Shown: positions 42,639-53,577 of the stretch, one piece after another
Layout: each line of letters opens with the position of its first letter
How positions within the stretch are numbered: position 1 is the stretch's first letter
NCBI GenBank assembly: GCA_000002435.2
Contig: CM018793.1
DNA: 64,000 nt
Strand: one strand, 5' to 3'
Source: Giardia intestinalis
Taxonomy: Eukaryota
The notes under the pieces: generated by a model
Databases searched by the model: none
What the model was told of the DNA's origin: nothing
The model's input: the letters and a program-made list of their open reading frames with translations, nothing else
Translations under genes and position numbers: made by a program

Positions 42639-42922
42639 TAAGTTTAAGCTTACGCTCGATTATTATTCTCTTCAATTAAGCTTATAATTAATCCATAAGT
42701 TATAGACAAACCACTGTTACCTTTTGATAAATCAATTAGAATGGAAAAGAATAAAATCAAGAGCACACCTACCAGAGGCCGGCTGATAGTGCGGTTCTCC
42801 CTGGCTTCAATAGAAACAGGATGAGTGAGGGCTAGACTCAGATCGTGCGTCCCTTGCGGAAACTAATAATTGTTCAGAGATGCATTCCTATACATTGCTG
42901 TCAGTATGTTTGTCGACTTTTT

Positions 42923-42955
42923 TGCAGAGGCAAGGTGTAGATTTAGGTAGTAAAT
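42923..42955 (+). pseudogene. Relic of a VSP 3' end: codons CRGKV* followed by the conserved TTTAGGTAGTAAAT motif
   Basis: tgc aga ggc aag gtg tag at 42923-42940 is one substitution from the invariant CRGKA*. It is followed by atttaggtagtaaatgcg. The upstream frame opens after a stop only about 20 codons earlier, so no gene body remains. Confidence 0.5.
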
Positions 42956-44101
42956 GCGTTAACTGATATGTGCAGATCCCTCTGTGCCCAGCTCGGGCTC
43001 CTCAGTAGCATACCTGGATCTGATGGATAGAGAAGCACACCTACTATAAGCATCTCTTGCTGATGGCCTGTAACCACCTTTTACAGTCCAGTGTGCATCC
43101 TCTAGTGCTCCACTTCCCCCTGTGGCCAGTGTATCTCTAGGGCGAAGCAGACTCTTTTGAAAAGGTATTGACCTAGCACCATGAAGGAGCGCGGGGCACT
43201 GCACTGGGCCCGTACACAGGTCAGAGGCCCGTAGTTGTAGGTCAGCAAGATCCCGGTGCGACGGTCGGGTGCTCGTCCATCAGAGCTCTCAGGATGGTGG
43301 CCAGGGGGCAGGAGCGACGCCTTTCTTGTCGGTCGCGACGCTGGTCAGTTGTCGATGCAAAATGTGCAAGGCCCCACAGGCGAGGAGCACAGAAGGGCAC
43401 AGGGAGCGTAAGGCCACCAGCAACTCGTAACTTTTTATATCTTGGTGGCCGGTCTCAGCACTTCGTAGGTGCAGATATGAGAAGCTGGGCCGAGTGATCT
43501 GCTGGTGGAGGGGCCGACACACACTTCTCTAAGGGTTCTGCCATGGGTGACGACGATGGTAGGCCGCACCACTGCAGGACCGACGCACGCCAGAAATAGA
43601 TGAAAGGCTCGCAAGCAGGTGCAGACTGGAGCGCCAGCCGCTGGCCGGATCACCCGCACAGGCACGCTCTGGTTACTTCAATAGATGGTTCAGTGGCACC
43701 TTAACGGAAAACACTGCTGCGCTCCACTTGCTGGCCATTTGAGGCACGCAGGTTCGATTGGTCCCAGGGCCACCGCTAAGCGTGGCATGACAGGCTATCT
43801 CCCAACATCGGGCGACGGTAAGACTCACGCCTACTTTTAGCCAACTGAGCTCGAAGCAATCCATGCCCTTGCGGGTCCATACTGGCGTGGTCTGTACAGC
43901 TATGCGCAGTGATGCATAACAGACCTCGGAACCGTAGACACCCTGGGCGCGCCCCTTGCTGCGCAGGGCCAGGGACGCCGGGAGGGCTCGGGCCGCCAAA
44001 TGCCTTGGTTCGCAGTCTTTCGCAGGAAAACCAGCTAGGAAGCGTAACCGCACGCCTCTTCGAGGTGAACGGGAATGGCGCAGCACTGTTCAGATTATAA
44101 C

Positions 44102-45874
44102 CTAAAGAGCATGAAAGTGTGTAATCATCTGTAGTTTGTCTGCATCCTTATATGAACAGAAACTTCCAGATTTGGCTATTATGACTTCACTGTCCCCTTC
44201 AAAATCCATTTCACGTACATATCCTTTAGCCACGTGAACGGTCGCAATCATGCTAAGCCGCTGAGAAAGGGCATCTTTCATTGTTGCAGTCTTATTTTGG
44301 TACTTCCTAGTCATCCTCTTATCATCGCAAGATTGAATCCTCTGAAGCTGGCCGTGGGTATCTACCTCAAACGAATAAATAACACTCCGTGTCTCTGAAA
44401 GTGTGTCTTGAGCATCAAGTCCTAGAGAAATTTTCATCGTAAGCCCTAGTGGTGTATTAGGATCCTCTACTTCTACTGTATCTAGTTTTCCATTTTTTGC
44501 TTCAGTGGTACAGCTGGCAGAAGCTTTGAAGTCTTCGTCAACTATCTTGAATAAAGGAGTAAGCACCTCTACTGTAGAACCAGATGATGTGCTACTCCAG
44601 TCTTCATTTCTCTTGCCTTCTATGGTACTGCCCCCCACTACTGATAGCCTAGTCAATGGATTTTTAGATGTACTAATATTAGTATGGGATTGATATTCTT
44701 CACAAACTTTACAAATAAAATCTTTGGTTCGTATTCTGTTAAATTCCCTAAGATTGCTAGCTGTCAAAGTACAGTCATTATATATAGTCCCCGATATAGA
44801 ATAAAAATATGCTAAAGCGGACCCAACGCAGTCAGTTATACCAGGATTGGTGCACTGATTGGGCTGTGCCAAGGCTATTGGGTCAAGCTTGTACTTAGTG
44901 TTGAGAAGAGGGAGCGAATCAAGGAGTTGTAACTTTGATAGATACTGATCTACTAGGTGCTGCCTTTTAGCCGAGATCTTGAGACTGTTGCAAATATGAA
45001 CAAAGTCGTCCTCGCCGAATGTATTTTTCTTGTTGGTGCGATGGGATTTTTCATAATCTCGAATCTTGTTTTTAACAATCGTGCTTGATATACTATACAA
45101 GGCAGTCAGAGCATTACCAAATGCGTCTGCCGACAGACACTGTGAGTAATTTGTGTCATGAAGGTAATACGATAACAGATAAGGAAACCCTCTGATCTTT
45201 GGAAGGCGATATAAGAAGTAACATATTTGTACATATACCTCGCACGTGATGACTTCGACGCTCGTGTAAGCATACTCCCAGATGAACCAAATATCTTCAA
45301 CTGTCGCAGAGAGCTTATAGAGTGTCTCTGTACAGACAACATCGTACTTAGTGAACTGCTTGGCAAGGGCCATGCCCAGTGTACGGCGAGAAATATGTCC
45401 ATGGCCGTGAAAGTCAAGAAGGTGGAAATCGTGGGCCACTTCTGCTGGCCTAAATGCAAAGAAGCTAAAGTCGGCATAAAGCCCGTCAGTGCCTAGAGAG
45501 CCAGATGCACGTGTATGTCCTAGTGCACCACGTTCAGCCCTTCCATTAGATTTCTTGCTGTCATCTTGAGATGTCGATCGAGCTTCCAAACCCTGTATTG
45601 AATAGCCTTTTGGGATTAGTGGGAGCACAGCAGTCAATTTTGTGCGAGGTTTATCCTTGGGAGGTTTTCTTTGCAGACATTGTTGTGGGCTATTTTTCTG
45701 TTGACTAGAAGACGAAGAAGAAGAGGACAGCTTTCTCTTTAATAGTCGGGCCTTCTGACTAGGCGATAGCATCGCCAAAAACATATCTTCGTCTTGGCGG
45801 CTGCCAGCTAAACCCATGGTCGACGCACCAAATGACAATTTTTTGCTTGAAACTGACCTGGTTCCAAAGCTCAA
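44102..45874 (-). CDS. Hypothetical protein (590 aa)
   Basis: A long ORF with a Ser-rich N-terminal region (SSSSSSSSQQ) and no recognisable catalytic motifs. Confidence 0.55.
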   Translation of the reverse strand: MSFGTRSVSSKKLSFGASTMGLAGSRQDEDMFLAMLSPSQKARLLKRKLSSSSSSSSQQKNSPQQCLQRKPPKDKPRTKLTAVLPLIPKGYSIQGLEARSTSQDDSKKSNGRAERGALGHTRASGSLGTDGLYADFSFFAFRPAEVAHDFHLLDFHGHGHISRRTLGMALAKQFTKYDVVCTETLYKLSATVEDIWFIWEYAYTSVEVITCEVYVQICYFLYRLPKIRGFPYLLSYYLHDTNYSQCLSADAFGNALTALYSISSTIVKNKIRDYEKSHRTNKKNTFGEDDFVHICNSLKISAKRQHLVDQYLSKLQLLDSLPLLNTKYKLDPIALAQPNQCTNPGITDCVGSALAYFYSISGTIYNDCTLTASNLREFNRIRTKDFICKVCEEYQSHTNISTSKNPLTRLSVVGGSTIEGKRNEDWSSTSSGSTVEVLTPLFKIVDEDFKASASCTTEAKNGKLDTVEVEDPNTPLGLTMKISLGLDAQDTLSETRSVIYSFEVDTHGQLQRIQSCDDKRMTRKYQNKTATMKDALSQRLSMIATVHVAKGYVREMDFEGDSEVIIAKSGSFCSYKDADKLQMITHFHAL

Positions 45875-45974
45875 TTACGAGATAGAAGCACCCGCTGCCA
45901 ATGAATACGTGTCCTTCCAAGGCAATGGTCTGAGACAGTAGACTTCAATTCCCAAAATTTTCATTTACCTTTTA

Positions 45975-46460
45975 ATGAGTGGAAACAACCCTCTGAAGAA
46001 GCTTGTCACCATCCAAACCACTTTAAAGAAGATTATGATGCGAATAACTAACATAGAAGAGCAGATAGAGCAAGAGGAGCGCGAAAAGGCGCGGTGTATG
46101 ATAGGGATTACCCGAAGCATTATGAAGAGACATATAGAGCAGAACAAAACTTTGGAGCGTGAGCTAGCAATTCTTATGATGGTGGACGAACGTCTCACAA
46201 ACCAAGCGAATGCTAATGAAAAACTTAGTAGAGAACTCGTCAGCCTCGTGACGTACTTCAAAGACGCAGTGATCCCAAGAGAGAGGCAGCTGGCTCCTGT
46301 GTTCGTGCCGGCCATGACGCCCCAGACCGCCCAGGTGATTCAGAAGGCTCCGGCTCCAAGGCCGCTTTCTCACATTCGGCAGATCACGCATTTGAACAGT
46401 TCGGTAGGGTCTTTCATTACAACCACAGCAACGCCTGTTACGAAAGACGTATCAAAGTAA
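45975..46460 (+). CDS. Hypothetical small coiled-coil protein (161 aa)
   Basis: An AT-rich initiator aaaattttcatttacctttta precedes the ATG. A charged heptad-like segment (EEQIEQEEREKAR...) is present. An antisense ORF of 116 aa overlaps it but lacks these features. Confidence 0.4.
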   Translation: MSGNNPLKKLVTIQTTLKKIMMRITNIEEQIEQEEREKARCMIGITRSIMKRHIEQNKTLERELAILMMVDERLTNQANANEKLSRELVSLVTYFKDAVIPRERQLAPVFVPAMTPQTAQVIQKAPAPRPLSHIRQITHLNSSVGSFITTTATPVTKDVSK

Positions 46461-46521
46461 TGTCTACCTCTACCGTCATCAAAATCATGGTAGACTTCTT
46501 GTAAATTTTACCTTTAATCAA

Positions 46522-47601
46522 ATGGAGAAAGACCGCCTGCAGAATAGGTCGACACCTCATGTGGTCGCTATGAAGCATAGCACAAGTAGCTTGTTTCATG
46601 ATAGTAAGCGGGCAATCCCTGGACCTCCCAGATCGATTGCTCCCGTTGATCTACAGGCATTGAAGCGGATTGCAAGCAATGCAAGCTCTGCTATTCCACC
46701 ACCCTTGGACTCCTATGTACCTAAGGCAGAACAAGTGAAGGGCCTGGCTCATATGTGCCCGAAGTTGTTCGAATTGGGCAATCGCTCTGTAGTTCCACTA
46801 TCTAAGGTGAAGGCTATCCCGGCCTACAAGGGCACCCCATATGACCAGCGAGCAGATGATATTTCTATCTTAGTAGCAATTGCTCATGAGAATCTAAGCT
46901 ATTATCGAAAAATCAATCTCCTGGTATTAATTCTAAACATGGTCTCTAACGTGTCTCAGTATCTGCACCAATGGATTGCTAACGATTACGCTCACTATAT
47001 TGAAAAGAAGAAGGCTGGAGACACTTGCATTAAGAGTATCTATGATCCAGCCAAGCAACCAGCAGCTGACCTCATTCGCGACCCGGAGTACTTGCCGGAC
47101 ATGTCAAGGTTTTGCAGTGAACATAGAAAATACAAACCAGAACTGTACAATAGCACGATCTCTATTCTGTCCGACTGCTTCTCTGACGCTGCATCTGAGC
47201 CTCCATCAATACTAGAATCGATGGTCAACACGCCCATAGGTTCTTCTGCCACGTCGATCCCCTCTGAAAACTCGTCAATCTCCTCGTTATCAGATCTGTC
47301 CACAGCCAGCGTCAGTGCCGAATTGCAGCGACGAAAAGTCATGAGAGAGTCTGTTTCTATGACAACAAGCAGCCTATCCGAGGGGTACAAGCAGATGGAA
47401 CTAAAAACACTAAAGCAGATACTACAGACTACTTTCAGTTGTCAACGAATAATCCCATTAGTTGATATAGAGAAGCAGCTGAAGCGAAAGCATCCCAAGG
47501 TAAACGCTCTTAAGCTACTCAGAGACCTAGCAGACACCACCACCTGCATTACAGTTTCCCAGGGAGATGTATCTATTGATTGGGCTAAAGCAAACTTCTG
47601 A
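46522..47601 (+). CDS. Hypothetical protein (359 aa)
   Basis: An ORF with an AT-rich context before the ATG (ctttaatcaaATG). No recognisable domain. Confidence 0.5.
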   Translation: MEKDRLQNRSTPHVVAMKHSTSSLFHDSKRAIPGPPRSIAPVDLQALKRIASNASSAIPPPLDSYVPKAEQVKGLAHMCPKLFELGNRSVVPLSKVKAIPAYKGTPYDQRADDISILVAIAHENLSYYRKINLLVLILNMVSNVSQYLHQWIANDYAHYIEKKKAGDTCIKSIYDPAKQPAADLIRDPEYLPDMSRFCSEHRKYKPELYNSTISILSDCFSDAASEPPSILESMVNTPIGSSATSIPSENSSISSLSDLSTASVSAELQRRKVMRESVSMTTSSLSEGYKQMELKTLKQILQTTFSCQRIIPLVDIEKQLKRKHPKVNALKLLRDLADTTTCITVSQGDVSIDWAKANF

Positions 47602-47617
47602 AGCGGCATGCGTTATT

Positions 47618-48754
47618 CTACTTTACGGTAAAAGAGCCTGTATTTAGCCATGAATGTGTAATACATACAACCAGATCCGTGATGTTACTGGCCCCAGTTG
47701 AGTCGGGACTGAAGTGTTGGGCCACTGCTGCATGAATACACTCAACGGATGGGTTCTCTAGCACTAGCTTAATGATGCTACGGAGGCTCTTGTCTAGAAG
47801 CTCACGTCCTATCACCGTCTGTGCCTTTTGATATAGCTGCTTATATCTGTGTGCTAGTTCTGCCCGTAGTACCTTAGTATATTCAGTATTTAGAACTATT
47901 GGCGTAAGGACTCCAGGCTGGCTCATCTTGCCATTTGCAGATTGTCCAGCACTAGCTAGGACACCAAACATGGCGAGTGCTTCTGCTGCATCTGAGCGCC
48001 GCTTTTCCTCCTTTTCCAGCATGTTATAGATGGCGTTGCAGAATGGTTTGGAAAACTTTTCCGGAAGAGGGTCGTACTTTCCTTCAACAATCTGCATGGC
48101 AACAGATACAATTGTTCGCCCCGTGAAAGGGCGTTTTTGCGCCGCAAGCTCATAGAGTGTCACGCCTAATGACCATATGTCCGATTTTGTGCTATACATA
48201 TGCTTAGAAATGAGCTCTGGCGAGAGATAGTAGGGGGTTCCGACCAGTGTCGTTGCAAGGGACGACTCTCCAAGGACCTTTGCAATGCCAAAGTCTCCCA
48301 GCATCACACGAAACGGGTACTTTCTTTCTTTCGAAGATTCTACAGTGGTCTTTGCGAGGAAGATGTTCGCCGGCTTTACGTCACGATGTATCACATTGTG
48401 TGAATGCAAGTATATGAGAGCGTTTAGTATCTGTGTAGCAACATAAGTAATGAACGGCTCATCAAAAGGTTCTGAAGAACTTCTCATAAAGTTTTGGAGA
48501 TCTCCCTTGTTAGCGTATTCTGTTATGATGTTGAGTGCTCCGTTTTCTAAAAAACTTTGCTTGTAGGAGACTATGTTTGGATGGAAGAGTTGTGATAAGA
48601 GATTTGCCTCCCTAAGCGCTCGCTCTCTCTCGGCAGCAGGTAGCTGCGCCAGGGTAAGCTCTTTGATAACGACACTGGCACCAGTCTCAGTATCCTTTGC
48701 TAACCATGCAATTCCATAAGCACCTCTACCAAGAATACGATTCTTTATGTACAT
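47618..48754 (-). CDS. NEK-family serine/threonine protein kinase (catalytic motifs intact)
   Basis: Glycine loop GRGAYGIAW; VVIKEL; HRDVKPANIFL; DFGIAKV; GTPYYLSPE. The N-terminal kinase domain is followed by a non-catalytic tail, as in NEKs. Confidence 0.8.
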   Translation of the reverse strand: MYIKNRILGRGAYGIAWLAKDTETGASVVIKELTLAQLPAAERERALREANLLSQLFHPNIVSYKQSFLENGALNIITEYANKGDLQNFMRSSSEPFDEPFITYVATQILNALIYLHSHNVIHRDVKPANIFLAKTTVESSKERKYPFRVMLGDFGIAKVLGESSLATTLVGTPYYLSPELISKHMYSTKSDIWSLGVTLYELAAQKRPFTGRTIVSVAMQIVEGKYDPLPEKFSKPFCNAIYNMLEKEEKRRSDAAEALAMFGVLASAGQSANGKMSQPGVLTPIVLNTEYTKVLRAELAHRYKQLYQKAQTVIGRELLDKSLRSIIKLVLENPSVECIHAAVAQHFSPDSTGASNITDLVVCITHSWLNTGSFTVK

Positions 48755-48891
48755 CAGTAGGGTAGTATGAGTCCTTCGATATTAAATTTAGATTAACGTA
48801 TGCAGTTACTGGCTACAGTAATATAAAACGTGTTGAGAGAATATTACAGATTTCCAAGTAGCACGTTTATTTGTTCTAGAACACGGTTGGT

Positions 48892-50694
48892 GTGGGGCAA
48901 AAAATAATGAGAGAGCGACTGCACTCCCAGTTCCATAAAAACAGTGTTTATATCCGTAGTAGTCAGCTGGGGGCTGTGTATAAAGCAGAGAGACTGTCGG
49001 ATGGAGCCACCGTTGCTGTAAAGGAGATTTCTCTGCGGAACATCCCTGATGACCAATATGTGGCTCTGTGCCGTCCGTACGAGCTGTCACGCTACCTTGC
49101 TCACCCACACTTACTAGTATACCATGAAGCGTATGTCATTCCTGGAGAGCGCTGCCTTCTCGAGATGGAGCTCTGCGAGAATGGCGCACTTATCGACGTC
49201 CTGGATGACCTTTACAAACGGAAAGAGCATCTCGAGGAGTCGTTCGTGTGGGAGATAATTGCACAGATTGCAGATGCTCTTGCCTACCTTCACGACGCTG
49301 ACAAGCCCCAAGGACCAGTTCTCCACAAGGCTGTCAGAGCCTCGAGCATATTCATTGGGGAGAGCGGTCTAAAGCTAGCAAAGCTAGGCTCAACACGCCA
49401 CGCATCAGAGCTCACAGTGTTTGGGACCAGGCACAAGCACGATATGTACCTTCCTCCGGAGGCCACAGTGCGGCGAACGCCCACTGATAAATGGGACATC
49501 TGGGGCCTTGGCTGCCTCGCAGTTGAGGTGTGCACCCTCGGGACTGTTTATAACGACTCCTCGACAATGCTTAGCAGATTATCATTTGATCTCCGACCTT
49601 ACTCGAACGCTCTTGCTTTCATGGTGGCGAGTTGCCTCAGTGTGTGTGATAGGGACAGACCATCGGCTGTGGAAATCAAGGGCCATATAGAGATAAAGCG
49701 TGCGCTACGCCGCGTCAATCCGTCCAGCGTGACAAAAATTTGCAATCCGGAACTCCGGGCTCCAAACGAACATGGATCTGAAACTGACAGTTTACAAGAT
49801 GAGTGTGAGGTAGAAACAGACGTAGAAGTTTGTACTGCTGACTTCGACCACAGCATCAGCATGAGCTCGCCCATTGTTGGAGATGGTGTCATAAAAGCAT
49901 CCCTCGGTGAAGCTAGCCAGTGTTCTCAGGTCGATCTAACTCTATCTCGAGGGTGTGCACACAACGGGCTCATATCTGACGATCTCATGGAGCTTATATT
50001 GAACGACAATTCCCACGGTGTATCTGCTCAAATAGACAGGCTCATGAACTGCCTCAAAACAGCCTTAGATGTAGCTGCATTCGAATCTAGGCCAAATGCC
50101 CTTCGGATTATTTGTGAAGCAATCTATACAAACGCACTTCCCATACAGATTTCTAAAAGAAAGGGGGAACGTAGTCTTGGGAAGACCCCCTTGATGTTTG
50201 CAGCAGAAACAGGTAATACAGAGAAAATTCTACAACACCTTGACCAAACAATGCAGTTATTCTACACCTCTCTTCCTTCTAGATCCGATCAAGGTGTACA
50301 CCATGGTGTAAGCAATAATAGACATACAGATGAAGTGACAGCGCTGATGATTGCTGCTTCAGCAAACAAAGTTGAAGCTGTAAAGCTTCTCCTCTTGGAA
50401 ATTGGTGTGCAGAATCAAAATGGGATGACGGCATTGATGTTTGCAGCCATGAACGATAGCGTTGAAGCAGCAAAATACTTAGTTGCCGAAGCGGGGTTTA
50501 GAACTGCGGAGGGAAAGACTGCCCTTATGCTTGCAGTTTATAACAATGCAACGGAATGTGTAGAGCTACTCAGGGGGAGAGAAAATCACATCGCCGACAG
50601 AGCTGGAAACCGAGCTATAGACTATGTGTACACATCCGGAACGAAGGTCCCTTTATACCATCAAAAGAGAATGGCAAGTATCTTGAACAGTTAA
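48892..50694 (+). CDS. NEK-like kinase-fold protein (predicted pseudokinase) with C-terminal ankyrin repeats
   Basis: Kinase-like N-terminal half with the VAVKEI lysine but no HRD or DFG (LHKAVRASSIFIGESGLKLAKLGS). The C-terminal half has three or four ankyrin repeats (TPLMFAAETGNTEKILQHL; TALMIAASANKVEAVKLLL; MTALMFAAMNDSVEAAKYLV; KTALMLAVYNNATECVELL). Confidence 0.75.
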   Translation: MGQKIMRERLHSQFHKNSVYIRSSQLGAVYKAERLSDGATVAVKEISLRNIPDDQYVALCRPYELSRYLAHPHLLVYHEAYVIPGERCLLEMELCENGALIDVLDDLYKRKEHLEESFVWEIIAQIADALAYLHDADKPQGPVLHKAVRASSIFIGESGLKLAKLGSTRHASELTVFGTRHKHDMYLPPEATVRRTPTDKWDIWGLGCLAVEVCTLGTVYNDSSTMLSRLSFDLRPYSNALAFMVASCLSVCDRDRPSAVEIKGHIEIKRALRRVNPSSVTKICNPELRAPNEHGSETDSLQDECEVETDVEVCTADFDHSISMSSPIVGDGVIKASLGEASQCSQVDLTLSRGCAHNGLISDDLMELILNDNSHGVSAQIDRLMNCLKTALDVAAFESRPNALRIICEAIYTNALPIQISKRKGERSLGKTPLMFAAETGNTEKILQHLDQTMQLFYTSLPSRSDQGVHHGVSNNRHTDEVTALMIAASANKVEAVKLLLLEIGVQNQNGMTALMFAAMNDSVEAAKYLVAEAGFRTAEGKTALMLAVYNNATECVELLRGRENHIADRAGNRAIDYVYTSGTKVPLYHQKRMASILNS

Positions 50695-50719
50695 CCGAAG
50701 TCTGTGACACTTCCGCATA

Positions 50720-53212
50720 TTATGCAGAGAAGTCATAATCATCTAGAGCGTCGTAATCATCATCTAACAAGTCAGATACCGTAAGGTTATCATGCTTAGG
50801 AATGAATTCGTTATCAAGAGCCTCTACCTCCTTGTGCTGAATCCGGTATCCGGCATATTGAGATGAGTAAGGTATGGTGATCGCCTTGTTCTCTCTTTCT
50901 TCTTCAATATTTTCACCATGCTCTCTTTCATCGGTGAATGTCACACTTTTCTGCCTTACCTGATTTTTTGGTGTGGGTGCCGGTGTAGTCCGTCTGGTAA
51001 GCTTGTGTGCGGATGCTTTGTATTCAGAGGAACTCGAGGCTTGTGATGGATGTGCCTTCTCCTCGTTGTGGCTGTTAGCAGTTGGCCTAAGCTCCCTTGA
51101 AGGGTTTCTAACGACGGACTTTACGGGATTCTTGTCATTATTGCTTGCATAATCGTCTTCGTGTTGCTCTGAATCAGATTGCATGTTAGATCTTGGTCCT
51201 CTCCGATCTTGTTGACTTTGGCGCTTTGCCGATTTATTAGCGCTTCTCTTATTGTAATTTTCTTGATAATTAACCACTGCAATCCTTACTTCGCTGTCCT
51301 CGTCGTCATTTTCACTGTGGCAGGAATGGTTATTTGTGTGCACTTGGGCTTTCAAGTCTGGGTCTTGCTGCTCTGGGAGGCTGCTTTTGTACGCTCCACT
51401 TCTGCTCTTTGTCTTTACAACGTTGAGTACACCATACCCGACACTTTGAGAGACATCAAGGGGACCCGAAAAGAGGGATTTCAGAAGCTGATGATTCGAC
51501 ACATGAACCTCTTGTGATGCGGAGGAGTCATCAGCGCCCCCAGATGACGCTAGCACAGTAGGCAGGGGCTTTGGCTCAGAGAGACTTTGTTTTGCAGATG
51601 TGCGCCGCATGACTCGCCGTATGGGACCTGTTGCTTGCGCACTCTTTCCACGCCCGTTGCTATTGGAGATATTAGTATTGCTTGTACTGCTGTTTAGTGG
51701 CGCAATAGCAGAATACTGAGCCTTGCTACTTTTATTGCTCGCAGAGGGCAGTCGTTGATCTGGCTGCTGCTGTGTCTTCAACTGATCTATATTCTGGACT
51801 CGAAGTTGGTGCGGACCAACTGCTGCATTTGAAAGGGATTCTTTTACTGCCTTGCTATCGTGCATCTGCTGGTGTTTAAGGTAGTCTAGGCGCTTTTTCT
51901 GTCTCTGCTCGTCGGTGAGGTCGTCATCAGGTGATCCGTATGCAAGATCTTCTAACGTCTTAGAAGGTCGCTTGGGAGGATAGTCAGACAGTATGGAGAT
52001 AGATACCCCGGCTTGGTGGCTTACGTTTGTGCTATCGATAGAGTAGTTTGCCAGTTTCTTGTCCAGTTCAGACAGCTCTCTCTTCAATGCCTCTTCATCA
52101 TCGGTGCATTTGGCAAGGTTTCGATTCAATTTCACGGTTTCTAGGCCCTCGAATGTCTTTGGTTTCGGGGCTGGCCTTGTTTTGAGCTCTACTTCTTTGT
52201 TTTGTAAGATAGGAGATAGTCGCATGATACCATTTGCTAATTGCTCGTGAGCAGACGCAGAGAAAAACATGTGCGTGTGGGCCTGGTCATTCGTTAGATG
52301 GGGCTCCAATTGAGCCGAAGAGGTAAGTGCTGGTATAGCAGCTTGAGAGTACCGCTGCAGTCCATTATCATAGACACTATCTGCGTAGTTTGTGTCGTCT
52401 TCATCATCAGAAGATTCTGCATATGTTGGAAGTTGGCGAACATCATCAATGGCTCGCTGTAGACCTGCAGCATTATTCGAATTGATGGAAGTAAGGTATT
52501 CATCTTCTGGCGGGACTACGGGTGCTGATGTTTTGGCTTTGGCTTGTGAAAGGTTGGCTATGGAGGTATCTGTACTAGAGACACTGAATTCGTTAGCGTG
52601 CCGCTTATCGCTACGACGGTCAACTGGTCCACCTTTCATTTTGGAGGGCGGAAGCTTATTCTGAACGGAGCACATGGCAAGCTGATGTGTTTCCGAGACG
52701 GCACGATTTTCCTCCAAAACAAACGTCTTTGCGCCCTGGGCTTCTGACTGCAAAAATGGGACACATGAATCCATAAATGCAGTGTTCTGTAGTTTTCCTC
52801 TGGCAACTTCTTGATAAACATTGTGTAGTATATTAGTAAACGTTGTCCCTGTGTGGTCAGTTGTTTCGTTTGTGGGTAAGTGCAAATCTGCCGACCTGGC
52901 GGATGACCTGAATTCAGCCGAGGGCGCCGGAAGCCGGCTAACCTTGCGTTTCTCTGCCACTTGTCTCGTGTGCGCTATTTTGTACTGCTGCATTCGTTGA
53001 TGCTCTTGTTCCTCCAGCTGCCTTGTCTGTTCATCATAGCGTTTTATCCTGTCACGAGTCTCCTTAGCAGCGCTGGAAGACGAAGCCGAGGGCGCTGGCT
53101 GACGCATACTAGTGGATGGTTTCGAGGCTGATCCATGCGAGTAGCTGTAAGCATACCCGTTCCCGTCCATTAAGGGCGCCCGACTAGCCCTGGGCGGCTC
53201 CCTCAGGGCCAT
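50720..53212 (-). CDS. Hypothetical Ser/Thr/Gln-rich low-complexity protein (830 aa)
   Basis: A long uninterrupted ORF. Compositionally biased, with a C-terminal acidic DDYD cluster. No domain recognised. Confidence 0.55.
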   Translation of the reverse strand: MALREPPRASRAPLMDGNGYAYSYSHGSASKPSTSMRQPAPSASSSSAAKETRDRIKRYDEQTRQLEEQEHQRMQQYKIAHTRQVAEKRKVSRLPAPSAEFRSSARSADLHLPTNETTDHTGTTFTNILHNVYQEVARGKLQNTAFMDSCVPFLQSEAQGAKTFVLEENRAVSETHQLAMCSVQNKLPPSKMKGGPVDRRSDKRHANEFSVSSTDTSIANLSQAKAKTSAPVVPPEDEYLTSINSNNAAGLQRAIDDVRQLPTYAESSDDEDDTNYADSVYDNGLQRYSQAAIPALTSSAQLEPHLTNDQAHTHMFFSASAHEQLANGIMRLSPILQNKEVELKTRPAPKPKTFEGLETVKLNRNLAKCTDDEEALKRELSELDKKLANYSIDSTNVSHQAGVSISILSDYPPKRPSKTLEDLAYGSPDDDLTDEQRQKKRLDYLKHQQMHDSKAVKESLSNAAVGPHQLRVQNIDQLKTQQQPDQRLPSASNKSSKAQYSAIAPLNSSTSNTNISNSNGRGKSAQATGPIRRVMRRTSAKQSLSEPKPLPTVLASSGGADDSSASQEVHVSNHQLLKSLFSGPLDVSQSVGYGVLNVVKTKSRSGAYKSSLPEQQDPDLKAQVHTNNHSCHSENDDEDSEVRIAVVNYQENYNKRSANKSAKRQSQQDRRGPRSNMQSDSEQHEDDYASNNDKNPVKSVVRNPSRELRPTANSHNEEKAHPSQASSSSEYKASAHKLTRRTTPAPTPKNQVRQKSVTFTDEREHGENIEEERENKAITIPYSSQYAGYRIQHKEVEALDNEFIPKHDNLTVSDLLDDDYDALDDYDFSA

Positions 53213-53577
53213 GCGGTGATTCTTTTTTGGACTAGCCTACACCCGCAGCCAAAGAGCATAGACAGAGACACGGGTGAGTAGTTGACATTTACTGGGCCTG
53301 CAGAGAAGGCAGGCGTAGAGAGTGCTTAAAGGCTCAGGGCGTTCGATGCGCACGCAGAAACACAGGCCCCACACTCTATGCACGCATCTGGACGGGCAAC
53401 AGATACAACCTTGGCCCCCGATGGAAAATCGAACACGTCTGCAGGGCACACCTCGCAGCACTCCATCGTTGCGCAGCACTTAGCAGCATCAAGCTTGATC
53501 GGCATTTTTAAAGTGGAACATCTTCTAGTATTTACGAATGCGGTGGGAAGTCTAAATTTACAACTATCAATGCAGCG

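Noticed and set aside
41182-42687. A 501-aa plus-strand ORF with a perfectly repeating translation (VFRTHVSPSSDGWYVSVHVQIPPASFALSGHFAMQPFPFGWTFCPTVAQPVHVCSPPGGVAHVLQPGIGGSQA repeated).
   Set aside because: It is the antisense reading of the six-copy VSP tandem repeat. It stays open only because the repeat unit happens to lack stops in that frame. It has no signal peptide, no CXXC logic and no VSP tail.
43680-43880. A tRNA-like impression (ggttcgatt T-loop-like string at 43751; gagctcagttgg on the reverse strand at about 43840).
   Set aside because: I could not fold either strand into a cloverleaf. The putative T-stem halves (gcagg and ggtcc) are not complementary, and no D-stem partner follows gagctc. 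It is left uncalled. tRNAscan-SE on 43600-43950 would settle it.
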